Source: Glaucostegus cemiculus
Lineage: Eukaryota
Reading direction: 5' to 3'
Assembly (NCBI GenBank): GCA_976551045.1
Contig: CDPCPM010000050.1
Coordinates: 11,656,001 to 11,720,000 of the forward strand
DNA length: 64,000 nt
Position 1 is the stretch's first letter; the number at the start of each line of letters is the position of its first letter. Shown here piece by piece: positions 38,917 to 50,674 of the stretch. The notes beneath the pieces were generated by a model that worked only from the letters and a program-made list of their open reading frames with translations, made no database searches and was not told the origin of the DNA. Position numbers and translations under genes: made by a program.

Positions 38917-38979
38917 CCCCCCCCCCCACCCACCCCCCATTCCCCACACACATACGCACACACACAGACACATACACAC
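38917..38979. repeat. C-run cluster (minus-strand G4 motif) plus imperfect (CA)n
   Basis: C11-a-C3-a-C6-att-C4 at 38917-38945 followed by a CA microsatellite. Confidence 0.85.
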
Positions 38980-40949
38980 CCCTTTAAGCAGCTGCCATCT
39001 TTTCTCATTATGAGTGCTTGTGCAATGCAAGCCAAGGCAGCTTGCAGACAATCGGTAACTAATGGACTGACTGTGCCTATTGTGAGTGTTTAGAACATGG
39101 ATCTGTCATTGTGTCCTGTCACTGCTGCTGTTGTATGGGGGAAATACAGAGACAGATGTAATTCCTGGCCTCTGAGTCATCAGAAACAGATGTAGATTTC
39201 TCAGAACCCTTTTGTATCACATGTAATTCATTATTCACGTGCATTGGACAGTAAAAATGGGCGGAGAGGGGAATCATCCCCATCCAGAAGGAGAGGGGAG
39301 GTGATTGATATCTGGCAAGAAATAGAAAGAATCAATTTCTAGGTAAAGCTGTGATACTTGGCATGATGAAGGGTGTGTGTGTGGAAACAGCATCTTGCAA
39401 AATTTGTCCTCTTTCATCTACTATTTCGTAATATGACCACAACATTTAATCCATGCTCCATGATTGTTTCTAATGTTCATGAGACAGTTGGACTTATACG
39501 TTAGACAATTGCAGCTAATCTGCAAATCTGGTTGTTTGATTATTCCTCTGATAATATTCGATCCATGAAACATTGTAAATTAGTCTTTAGCTGATAGTAT
39601 AATTTCACTTGAGATTTATTTCAATACACATATGACACTCTTGCATTTTGGCCTGCAACTTTATTTAACAATATTTATTGTGAAAGAAAATTTTGTGTAT
39701 TTTGAGTTTTGTGTTTAATTGAAAAGAAAATTTGATAGAATAGCAATGGTGTCCTGTAATTAAGATCTGTCCAATCATTTCCAGGTTAATAAACATCCAT
39801 TTTTGAATGTTGCCAAGATTACCATTTGGTCATTGTGATTGATTTCATAGTATTTCTTCTTACCTATCAAATTTAGGAGGTCAATCAACATTACTCTTCA
39901 GGTATTAGCACCATAGTTTATATAAATATATCTCAACTTTAGTCCCTAAATATTTCAACACCCTGTCTTTACTTCCAAACACAACTAGGTTGGTGAGGTT
40001 TGAAGCATTTTCCTGGATTAATCCTCAGTGTCTCAGAGTATTGGTACTGATTTACAATGTACTGAGCCTATAAATATAGCATCTTGCAAGGCCAAAAAGT
40101 AAACAAAGTGACTTTGCATCAATGGTAAACTTGATTGAGTGTTAAGAGCTGGACAAACTCCAAAGCAAAGCAAAGTAAGACTGTGCCTCCTTGGGGACTA
40201 TTATTAATTATACCAACACAATCATTATCACTATGAATGCATGCTGAGTTTCCATTTCCCTTTTAAAGTGAATTTCTATATCATAACAAAGGCCAGGCTT
40301 TTCCCATTCTTATCTTTAACTTGGTCCAGTGGTTCCTTTTTGTTTTTTGTCAATGTTCATCAAAGTCAGATACATCTGATGATTTTAAAAAATCAGACAA
40401 GAGCTATGTCAACTTGTGGACTGAATGAAAAGCAACTAAATTGAAATCAGTAGAAATAACATTCAAAGTCATATTAACTTTTTTAATATTCATAATAGGC
40501 ATACAGTTCACCATCATCATGCTACTGACCAATACATTCCACAAATAAATGGGATTGTTCATTGGTCTGTACGGCATTTTGATAGTGATGTGATTTTAAA
40601 AAAATCAAAATTGGTGAAAATTTGCATGCCTGTCACTTATTGCAGTCATGGAGTATTATTGGTGAGAGAAAAGAACATTTTTCTCAAGTAGACCTCTAAG
40701 CTTTTAATTGGTTAAAACTGAAAAATTCAAGGCCTTATAACAACTGGTTAGATCAACTGATCATTTAGTTAACTGTGAATGGCGAGGGTGGGGTGGATGT
40801 GGTTTGAGTAAGCAGCAAACGGTTTGATTTCTCAATTAGTGTAGCTACTGATGTACCAAAGAATTGAATGGCTAACCTTTCAGCTTCATCTTAGGCACCC
40901 AATAAAAAAACCACTTGCCAGTATTCAATCATACCTTGAAGATTTTTAT

Positions 40950-41800
40950 ATTTAGGTAGAAGTTTCCATGGCAATATCTCTCAAAGAAATGCAGCATAGT
41001 TATCCCTGGTATTCCAGGTAATATTTATCTGTCAACCAACACCACTGAAACAGATTGTTCCAGATTTTCTGCTCAGTGGCAAAAAGACCTTGAGAAAAGA
41101 AGCCCAGAAATATTTAGTAGGCTTTGTGACATAGACTTCCTCTTTCCCAATATGATTTGCAGTTGGTTTCCTTCTGTAGGTGAGCTGTGATAGCAGCAAT
41201 AGTTACAGTAAAAATCAGTCAAATTGCAGAGTACTCTTTGACAGTGAGCCAGGAAGTAAAAGTTCCATGATTACTAATCTTGGACTTTTCACATTATTCT
41301 GAGTCCACACAAATAAAACTATCTACTTAGGGCCTGAGGGGCTGTTCAGTAGGAAATATGACTTAGAATGCCATTTATAAACTCAGTTACTTTGCATGTT
41401 CAATACTTTGTTTACAATGAGAATAATGTTTCAAAAGGTGAAGTTCACACCAACTCACTGACTGTTGATTGCACTGCTATTACAGTGTTTGCAGATGCAA
41501 AAACAGGGCATCTTCAGGCTTCAATGTTTAACTATATGTGAACAGGCATCAGAATTCGCAGCGAGTTTTATAAAGTGATGACAACTATTGCTGATAATTT
41601 TGCTGACATTGCAACTGCAAATTCAGATGCCTTATGCCATCAATTTGTTTTCTCTCTATGCTCCCTGTAGGATCTCACTGTGTATAAATTGGCTGTCGTG
41701 TTTTCCACAGTCACTATACTTCACCAGTAACTGATTGGCTGTGAAATATTTCAGGATGTTCTGAGGTTCTAAAAGTTGATACATCAAAGCAAATCTGTTT
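40950..41800 (+). mobile_element. Deu-type SINE split by a ~600-bp insertion
   Basis: 5' part ccatggcaatatc...aatatttatctgtcaaccaacaccactgaaacagatt (to about 41060). 3' part gtataaattggctgtcgtgttttcc...attggctgtgaaatatttcaggatgttctgagg (41660-41800). Confidence 0.65.
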
Positions 41801-41874
41801 CCCTCCTCTGCTCTCTTTCTCCCCACATTATTTGAGTCTTAATTACTAGAAGATTTGGTATAATTTATGGATGT

Positions 41875-42058
41875 TTTCTATTACCTTGAACATTATGTCA
41901 TTATATTATTTTGTTTATTGTGTTGTGTATGTATAATTTATATTAATTTAAGTTTATGTCAACTTATGTTATGTTTGTAATGTACTGTGCTACAAAGAAG
42001 TAACTTTTCATGGCATTAAACCCTGTGTACTTATGCCTATGACAAACTTGAACCTGAC
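41875..42058 (+). mobile_element. AT-rich LINE 3' tail (Rex1/Babar-like)
   Basis: T-rich tract, then gtactgtgct...ttttcatggca...atgacaaacttgaac terminus. Confidence 0.5.
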
Positions 42059-44139
42059 TAAAGAGATTTTCCCAATGTTCTCTCCTTTTTTCTGAAGGTG
42101 TGTCTCATGCTTACGTGCAGCTCTAGAAATATCACCAGTGCACCAGAAGCTCACCCAAGAGATCACTCTTCTTCAACTAGCAAAGAAGGTGAGCACTGGT
42201 AGGTCATTTGACTTCGGAGGAAGCTTTCCAGCGGTCACCTGATAACAAGCGTGAGTAAAAATGCTGATGTTGGTCTCCTCTCCAAAGCCAAATGAAGTGT
42301 CACAAATTTCATCAAGATTATTGCTTGAACCTGTGGCTCATGACCAAACTAGGAATTGCTCTTGACTACTGGCCAAAAAAATCCCAGCAGTAACAATTTA
42401 TTTTAAATGAATTTTCACTGGTATTAAAATAATAGCATTTGGAAAATATGGGCTCTTGCATTTTTAATTAAATTGGTGTACCTTAAATAAAGGTACAGCA
42501 AATAGCTGTGATTTAACTGTGTGGCATATTTTCTTAGCCCACGGTTCAATCCAATATAACTTCACAATCTATATTAACAACAGGCAAAGTCAGCAGTTGT
42601 TCTTATTACCTGTAAGGGACGTTGAAAATTGTCCAATGTTGCAAGTGCATTTCTAAGGTTACTTCATGTGCTCTGAAGCTGCGAGATGGTAATAGCGCAA
42701 TTGTGCCACTCTCTATCAAATTGAGCAAAGGAGCTCTCGATGTGGTTGTGAATGTATCTCCCCGTACTTTTGAAAGCAGCCTAGAGCAGAGGTACCATGG
42801 AAACAAAACATTCTTTGCTTGGGAGCATATACATCAAGCACCCCCACCACTTGGCAAAAGTGTCCACTGAGATCAGAATACGTCAATTCTCATTGGTCAA
42901 GAGCACCCTGATGTTTTATTGGAGCTTTCAATGATTTGTGAAAATGAAACGCAAAGCAAAAGACTCTGCATGATTGAAGGTTTTTAATAAGAGAGATTTT
43001 CATTTATCTGTTGCTGGAATATACATCTTACAGAATTTTAGTTAATTACTTGAAAGTAACTTTATGGCATTCTTCTTATGGAGAAATTTATGTCAAATTA
43101 TTTACTTTGAAGTCCACTAGGGGGACTGCATCACTTTGCCTCCCTGCAGTAGTATATTCTGAGCTGGATGACATTTTTGTTATCGAGTTATTGGTCTGCA
43201 GGAGTACTGGTTAATTATTCTCAAACTTGGAATTATTAAGGTGATAGCAAATAAAGCACAGTCAATAGCGAATCTGTGATGATTGCTATACACGTGTTTA
43301 TAACGTACACATTGGTTCTAGTGATGTCATCATGCCCAGAATACTTTACAGAAATAAACATATAATGTCTATTCACATGGCAGCATAAATTAATAACAAT
43401 GTTACATCAGTAAGTTCTCCACAGCTACACGGTCATTGTGTGATTGAAATACTTGAAATGATAATTTTGCTCAAGTACTGCTTCCCTCAGTTCTGTTTGA
43501 TGTTTTAAGAATAAATAATGTAAAGGAACCATATTAACTAGTTTTATTTTGCAAGCTTACCAATATACATTACAACAGTGACACATACATCAAAAGTACT
43601 TCCTTAATTGTGAATTGCTCTGGAATACCTGAGTCCATGAAAGACGTTAAATACCTCAGGACTTCCTTTTCAATGTTATCATAATTGCTTCTCAGTTAGC
43701 ACCAAGTGAGTTAAGACTCAAACACATTGATACACCAGTGGGTAAATGTTATCTTGATATAATACTACATCTGCTTACCATTTCAGAAACTCTTTCTTGT
43801 GCTTAGTGCACAAAATGGCTTTCACAGTTAAGCCCACACTTCCTGTGATCTATATTGAGACCTTACATGACATAAGCTAAAATAATAATGTTCCTTAAAT
43901 GATCAATAAAGTCCCTGTACTGCTGATAAGCTCAGTGAAATTTTTCTTCTGATCTATTTGATAGGTGGCCAAATATCATACTTATAAACATGAGTGGGCT
44001 TTTAAGGAAATAAATTGAACAAAAACAAGAGCATACATTTACAGACTATAATATCTTATGGGATCTCTTGTAAATTTCAAATTGATAATAAAAGATTGAG
44101 TTTCCCTTTATTTATTCAAACAGCTGTCTTCTTAGGTAA

Positions 44140-44235
44140 TTAAAAGCTGTGCTGGCAAATATTCAGCAGGTCAGGCAGCATCTGCAGAGAAAGAAACAGA
44201 GCTGATGTTTCAGTTTGTTCACCTTTCATAAGGAC
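44140..44235 (-). mobile_element. Penelope-like pseudo-LTR
   Basis: gctggcaaatattcagcaggtcaggcagcatctgcagagaaagaaacagagctgatgtttcag...cctttcat. Confidence 0.8.
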
Positions 44236-45117
44236 GGTGTGCTATATTTAAACATGACAAAGAGCATCACTGAATCATCAATCAACCTTCAGTCAAGTGC
44301 TGTGAAAGAGGCTATTGTGCCACCCTTGTACATTGTTACAGGTGCCTTCTAGATATCTGTCAAAAATGTTCCAGAGTAGTGCTTCCAAAGTCTGTTTTCA
44401 GTCCCTCGTTAATTTCTATGACCAGCCAAGTTGTGTGGTGGACAACCAACATCCCTTGGGTGGGGCAGTTTTTTAAACTAATAGCTCATCAAGAGCTTGG
44501 TACAACAGTACATCAGATAAGGTGTAAATTTAGAGGACCCAAGTTCTTGCAATTCATATTAATAGCTTCTATCATCTGTGACTCATTTTGCACAAGAGGA
44601 TCTTATAGTTTGATTCACCTGCCTGTTCTTGCCTTCATATTTCCTTGCATGTAGGTCACAGCATCAGGAAGGAAATACATCTATTTAACTCTGCTTGCCC
44701 CCAAAGCAATAAATGAATGATGATAGTCACGGTGCTTACATAATCTCCACAAGAAAAGTTCAGATTGTGACAAATCAACATAGATTTCTGTGATGTCACA
44801 GTTTCATCAAGTCATCCAGTTCTGAAGTGTGTAGGGTTGACCCAAGAAAGGTTGAACAAGGTTGGAGCTGGTCTTCCCCCTGCTCCTTTGTGTTATAATC
44901 ACAAGAGAGCCGATGCACTAACCATTGTGTGTGCCTTCTTTAGGCAGCCCCATCAGAGCCCGAACACGATTCTTTTGTGGCAGAACCCATCCACTCTCTG
45001 GAGAGCTGGCACCTGGGCTGCCTTCCTCTTGGTCTGGCTCATCACATGACAATACCACCTCTAAGCTGATGTCCAAACCAAGGCAAGTATCAGTATCTGG
45101 ACAGAAGGCTGCCTCTT

Positions 45118-45411
45118 AGATAAGATAAGATCTTTATTAGTCACATGTACATCGAAACACACAGTGAAATGCATTTTTTGCGTAGTGCTCTAGGGGGCAG
45201 CTCACAAGTGTCGCCACACTTCCAGAGCCATCTAATATGCCCACAACTTCCTAACCTGTACGTCTTTGGAATGTGGGAGGAAACAGGAGCACCCGGAGGA
45301 AACTCACACGGACATGGGGAGAACATATAAACTCCTTACAGACTGTGGTGGGAATTGAACCCGGGTCGCTGGCGCTGTAAAGCATTACACTAACCGCTAC
45401 ACTACCGTGCC
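45118..45411 (-). mobile_element. V-SINE, full length
   Basis: Same family as 34921: head ggcacggtagtgtagcggttag, B-box gggttcaattcc, (TCTTA)n tail. Confidence 0.93.
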
Positions 45412-46019
45412 TGTATCAATGCCTTCTTCCTTCCTGCTACAAGGCAGGTCAGACAGCTTGGTCAGGCAGGGGCTCTGAAAGGACAAGAGTCTAGAGATAG
45501 GGTAGGGAGAAGGGAGAGGAAGTAGGAAGTGCATGCAATCCACAGCTCGTAAATCAGAGACCAAGGCTGATCAGTTTAGTGTATGTAATACTGTTTATGA
45601 AAGGATGATTGTTGCTTTAAGGCTGCCACCTCTTCAAGTATGGTGACAGCTCTCTGGCTTGCAATTTGATGGTAGAAGCATTGAGAGTCAGTCTGTTGGA
45701 GCCATTTGAATAAACAGTAATATTTGTTGGAGTTTTCATGAGTTTGTTCAACACTTCAGGCGTAGTCAAACAGAGAACTCACATACCACAATGAGGGGGT
45801 AGAAGATGAGCAGGAGGATTAGTCTCAAATATACCATCAATGTCTCCTGTGCTTATGAATTCTGGGATAACAGCTCCAGTGGACAGACTCATTTCCCCAG
45901 GGTACCAGGCAAACATCTTCCACAAGCCTGTTGAGAGAACCTGTGAGTTGTATGTCACCTCCTGCTGAAGAGAGAGGGAAGTGTGGTAGTAAGTCTGTTG
46001 CAAATTGTTTGGGTAATGT

Positions 46020-46117
46020 AGCCACACAAGTGCGGGAGGAACTCAGCAGGTCAGGCAGCATCAACGGAGGGAAATGGACAGTCGACGTCTCAGGTCAAGA
46101 TGCTTCACCTGGTCTTC
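46020..46117 (-). mobile_element. Solo Penelope-like pseudo-LTR
   Basis: ggaggaactcagcaggtcaggcagcatc...gtcgacgtctcaggtcaagatgcttca. TSD TGTTTG(G/A)GTAATGT at 46006-46019 and 46118-46131. Confidence 0.85.
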
Positions 46118-46949
46118 TGTTTGAGTAATGTGCCTGTCACAGTTGAATAATCAGTAATGGGTGGAAGTTATGAGGCTTGGATGATAATGTTGGGGTAATC
46201 TTGTGTGTGGATATGGTGGGTCATTCTCCTTGGTGGAGGTAGATATAGTTTGGAGGTGTGCTGCATTGAGCAGTGCATGAGGCAAGTGGTGCACTCAGAG
46301 GGAAAGGCAGTGAAGTTGCCATCACTGGTCTTTATCATTTGTGTAGGGGCACTAAACTTCTTCCTGCATAGGATTTAGGTCCTGGAGGTATGGCACCTGC
46401 TATTGACTTCCTCTGCAGTCTGCCCTCACTACTACTTAATGTATTCCTCAAAATTTAAGTAGAGGGCATCTCCCTTTCTGCCCATCTCACCCAACACTAC
46501 CTCTAGAGCAATGTCTAAGAAATGGGTGGCAAATCTGGTTCCCTCCCCTCTGTAATAAAACTTCATTATTTCAAATGAGTTGTGATTCATTTAAGAACTT
46601 CCAGCACCATTTATAACCACAGGTATCTCTCCTTGAAGAGGTGTAGACAGGAGTTTGATTGGCTCTACCTCGTGCAATCCATTGTGGACATTCAGCGTCA
46701 ATTACTAACACCATGGCCTGTAATGTGGTGACTAATGCTGGCTGATCACTGTAATGAAGTGTGAACACAAACCTCCCGCAAGATCTCCAGCTGCTCAGGT
46801 GGGCGCACAGATTGCGAGTCCCACATCTAATTTCTCGTGCTATCAACTTTCTCCAGCTATTTCTCTTACTCTTCCATTTCACAGCTCGTGTGGCTTGCAG
46901 TGCTGTTTCAGAGACAATATCATCAGGGAGCCATCTGCAACTGGAAATA

Positions 46950-47300
46950 AAGAAAAAACTGGAAATCTGAAATAAAAACAGAAAATACTGGAACTACTCA
47001 GCAGACCAGGCGGTATCTGTGGAAAGAGAACCAGTTCTAACCCCTTCTAACTTGTCAAAGACTAGAAGAGAAAGAGAAATCTCTGAGAGTGAATGAGGAA
47101 AAGGGAACAGAGAATTTCTTTGGAATCGGCACTCCTGGAAGAGAAGTGTCTGTGAATTCAACAGTAAATTAAAATCAAAAGATCTGCTGATACTGGAGAT
47201 CGGAAATCAAAACAGAAAATGCTGAAAGCTCTCAGAAACAGGCAGCATCTGTGGGAAGAGAAACAGTCAGCACCTTGTATCTGCAACCTTTCATCAGAAT
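46950..47300 (-). mobile_element. Two Penelope-like pseudo-LTRs
   Basis: Pseudo-LTRs at about 46950-47120 and 47160-47299; the second is flanked by TCTGTGA direct repeats. Confidence 0.75.
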
Positions 47301-47860
47301 CTGTGACTGGAGCTGTGTGTGAGCTCTATCTGGCAATTGATGGCATTTCTTTCCCCAACAGGTTGTAAACCAGCTCTCCATTGTGTAGTACAGGGAGCAG
47401 AAGCAGTGTTCTTGGGGCACTAGCTGTTATGAGCAATGCTTTATGTCAAGCACATTTCCTCAAGTGCATCTGCCAAGTGAGGGCTCTCTGGCTGTAGTTC
47501 TCTGATACGGCCGGAAAACATCACAAGAAATTCACTATTCCCATGCATAGCTGGGAGGACGCTGTCCACGTAGTCTAGAAAGGGTGGGTCAAGGCAGGGG
47601 CTATGGCCAAGAAAGTCATCAGAGAGCCAAGGCTGAGGCCCCACGGGCAAGTAAGGAAGCAGGGTGTGCTTCAACCTCCATCTGGCAAATAGATCTGTAG
47701 CTATTGGGGGAAAATTGGCTGTTTGTCCATCAGACTCTTTTCTCGCACCACTCCCAATAGATTGGGTGGATACTGTATGGCCTGTAATAAATACTCATGT
47801 GGCTTGCAGTGCTCTTTCAGAGAGAATATCATCAGAGAGACATCTGTAACTGGAAATAAA

Positions 47861-48360
47861 AAAAAATGAAATGCTGGAAATCTGTAACAAAAACAGAAAA
47901 TGCTGGAAAACTCAGCAGATCAAGTAGCATCTGTGGAAAGAGAAATAGCTAATGTTTCAGATCAAAGACTCTTTATCAGAATTGAGAAAGAGAGAGAACG
48001 TTAGAATAGGTAGCAGAGAGGTGGGGGAGCACAATGGATGGAACAAAGGGAATTTCAGTGACAGAGTGAAATAGAGTCATTACGATGCATTTAAGAGTCT
48101 TTTTCTGTGTAATGTGTCACTAATGTTGTAAAATCTTAGTGATGTTGTATCATCTGGCCTACTGGGACATGCCCAGCAGGCCTGAATGCACAAATGAAAG
48201 GAAAAAGTGAGGAATGGCAAGCAAAAATAGCCGATCCTGATGCAAATAGAAAGAAAGTGCAAGTTATCTCAAGTTGGAGAATTCATTATAGAGTCCTGCA
48301 AGCTGCAGCGTGCCCAGAGGAAAGATGAGGTATTATTCCTCGAGCTTGGATGGCCTCCAA
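47861..48360 (-). mobile_element. Penelope-like element 3' part
   Basis: Pseudo-LTR at 47861-47985; minus strand 48265-48350 reads KLEE*YLIFPLGTLQLAGLYNEFSNLR* (GIY-YIG C-terminus). Confidence 0.85.
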
Positions 48361-48619
48361 TGTGGGAGGTCTGGTGTCTGGGAAAATAGTGCCTTCTTGT
48401 TGCCTGATCTCAACAGTTGCTCCTCCTCCATCTCCAGAACTCATTAGAGGTTTCCTGAATGGGAGAAAACGTGTGTCCCATCTGAAATGCTGGAACAGAT
48501 GGGACAAGTAAATAGTAGAAACAGTGACGGCAATGCATTCATCAGTAACATAAAGGTGATAAAGGGTTGGGCAACTAAAATGAGAAATACACTTTCAATG
48601 TGCCCTGCTATGTAGCCAC

Positions 48620-48840
48620 AGGACCCTATAGACACTCTGCACTATGCACTTGTTTTTTTTTTGTTGTAATTGCATTCTTTCTTGCATAATTTTGTGTAAT
48701 TTATGTTTAATTTCTGTTTTACTTGTGAATGTTGTGTCTCTAAGGCTATGTGCCTGTGATGCTGCTGCAAGTAAGCTTTTCACTGCATCTGTGCATATGT
48801 AAACTTGTATGCATGGCTATAAACTTGGCTTTGACTCTGA
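48620..48840 (+). mobile_element. AT-rich LINE 3' tail (Rex1/Babar-like)
   Basis: ctatgtgcctgtgatgctgctgcaagtaagcttttcactgca...ataaacttggctttgac. Confidence 0.55.
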
Positions 48841-49980
48841 CAATGCACTGACCACGCAGAACTGAGAAATGAGGCCCCTGACATCATCTTCAACCCTCTA
48901 CTGGAAATGACAGCAGACGGTGGGACAGCCAGTGAAATGGCTTCACAGGTTCCTCTCTGTCCAGCACCCACCCCTGCCCTCACAAACCCAGCCCCACTCC
49001 TCTGTTCACCTGAAAATAGGGTTTTACACTGAAATTCACATTCACTACAGCTCACACATGAAAGCCGCCATTTACACCACAATCCAGAGAGCTTCCAGCA
49101 CTTTCTGGCAAGAGTCAGTGTCTTCAGGTGTGAAGAAGAGAAAATTAGATGGAAAATACATGCTTAAGTTGCTCCGTATCTCAGGAATTAGCGAAATATC
49201 ATAGGTACAACAGAGTCCATTTGTATTCCCAACGACTCACTGACAGGATTATTATCAGGCAGGCACACAATGGAGCAGGTGGAGTGTGCTTTCTGCTGAT
49301 ATTAATCCAACATTGCTATCACCAGTAATGTTTATATATTTATTTCCAGCTTGCTGTAATTCTAATAACTTAAGATATTTTAAGTCAGTAAGTAGTTTCA
49401 TGGACCAATTTAAAGAAGCATTAAAGCACAGCTGGCATCCTTGGTTTCTCCTGTGTGACAAAGCCTAGTGCTCCCTGACCTGTACAAGAGAAACTTCAGT
49501 GCAGCTCTTTCTGAATCTCAAAGTAATTTTTGTTTTTTTTTTCATATCATGTACTAACCTAGGTTCCAACTAAGGCTTTTGTTTTGTAAGTATTAATAAT
49601 TTTTTACCAAGTTTAGATGCAAAGCTTAGCTGAAACAATCCTCACTCGTTTAATTATTCATAGTAGTCATTGGCTTGAAGGATCACACACTATGTAGATT
49701 TTTGTAAAAGTGTCAATGTAGTTACAATTGTGTGATAAAGTAGTGCTTTGGTTCAACTCATGCAACTTGACAAATTTCATCACATCTGATTGAAAAATAA
49801 AAATGAGCCCAGGAACTTCACCCACTTCTGGGTATTATTTGATTGAGCAGAGGATTGTGAGGACATTGCTCAACATTTGCCAAATTCAAAAATGCAATCA
49901 ATTTAATATGACCTGAACCTATCGAAGCATTGTTGTGTTATAACCCACTACAGCCCATTTATCCACACAACAAAGTTCAA

Positions 49981-50226
49981 CCACAACGAACTGCTGGAGG
50001 AACTCAACGGGTCGAGCAGCATCTGTGGGGTTAAAGGAGTTGCAGTTTTTTTGTGTCAAGACCCTGCATCAAGACCTTGACTGATGCAGATCAGTCCTGA
50101 TGCAGGGTTTTGACCCGAAGCATTAGCAATTCCTTCCCCTGCACAGACGCTGCTCGACCTGCTGAGTTCTTCCAGCAGATCGCTTGTTACTCCAGATTCC
50201 AGCATCTACAGTCTCTTGTTTCTCCC
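49981..50226 (+). mobile_element. Penelope-like fold-back element (inverted pseudo-LTR pair, no ORF)
   Basis: Arms at about 49984-50075 and 50093-50190, plus a 35-nt extension on the right. TSD AAGTTCAA at 49973-49980 and 50227-50234. Confidence 0.88.
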
Positions 50227-50674
50227 AAGTTCAATTACACATTAGCCTGTATTACTAATCGGGCAAAATAGTTTTGATATTGGTCAAGCAAACCACTATG
50301 TGTATAATATGCTTCCATTCAACATGCTCCTTTGAAAGTCAACAAATCTAAGTTCCAATTCACATGCCCTCACTGTAGTAAGATGTGAAAATAAATTCAT
50401 AAAATCAAGTCCCAGGATAATGACCTTTAAAGAAAGATCCATGTTTTTGCAGCAGTTTTTACAAAATCAGGATGCCCTAATATCCTATAATGAATGTAAT
50501 TGTTGTCACTGTTCTAATGAAGGAGTCACAATAGCCAATTTTCAGCCAGCAAGCTCCCAGAAAAAGCAATGTGATCATGACCAGGTTGTCTGAGGGATAA
50601 ATGTTCGCCAAAACACAGGAGAAAAATCCCCTACTTTTCTTTGATCTTTTTTGTCCACTAAGCTTAGCATTTGA

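Noticed and set aside
45340-45411. tRNA-like sequences with A/B boxes (also near 35150, 54330 and 22600)
   Set aside because: They are SINE heads (most are joined to SINE bodies) and I could not fold a full cloverleaf.
46570-47790. Possible HARBI1-like transposase traces on the minus strand
   Set aside because: Resemblance is too loose; no intact catalytic motif could be read.
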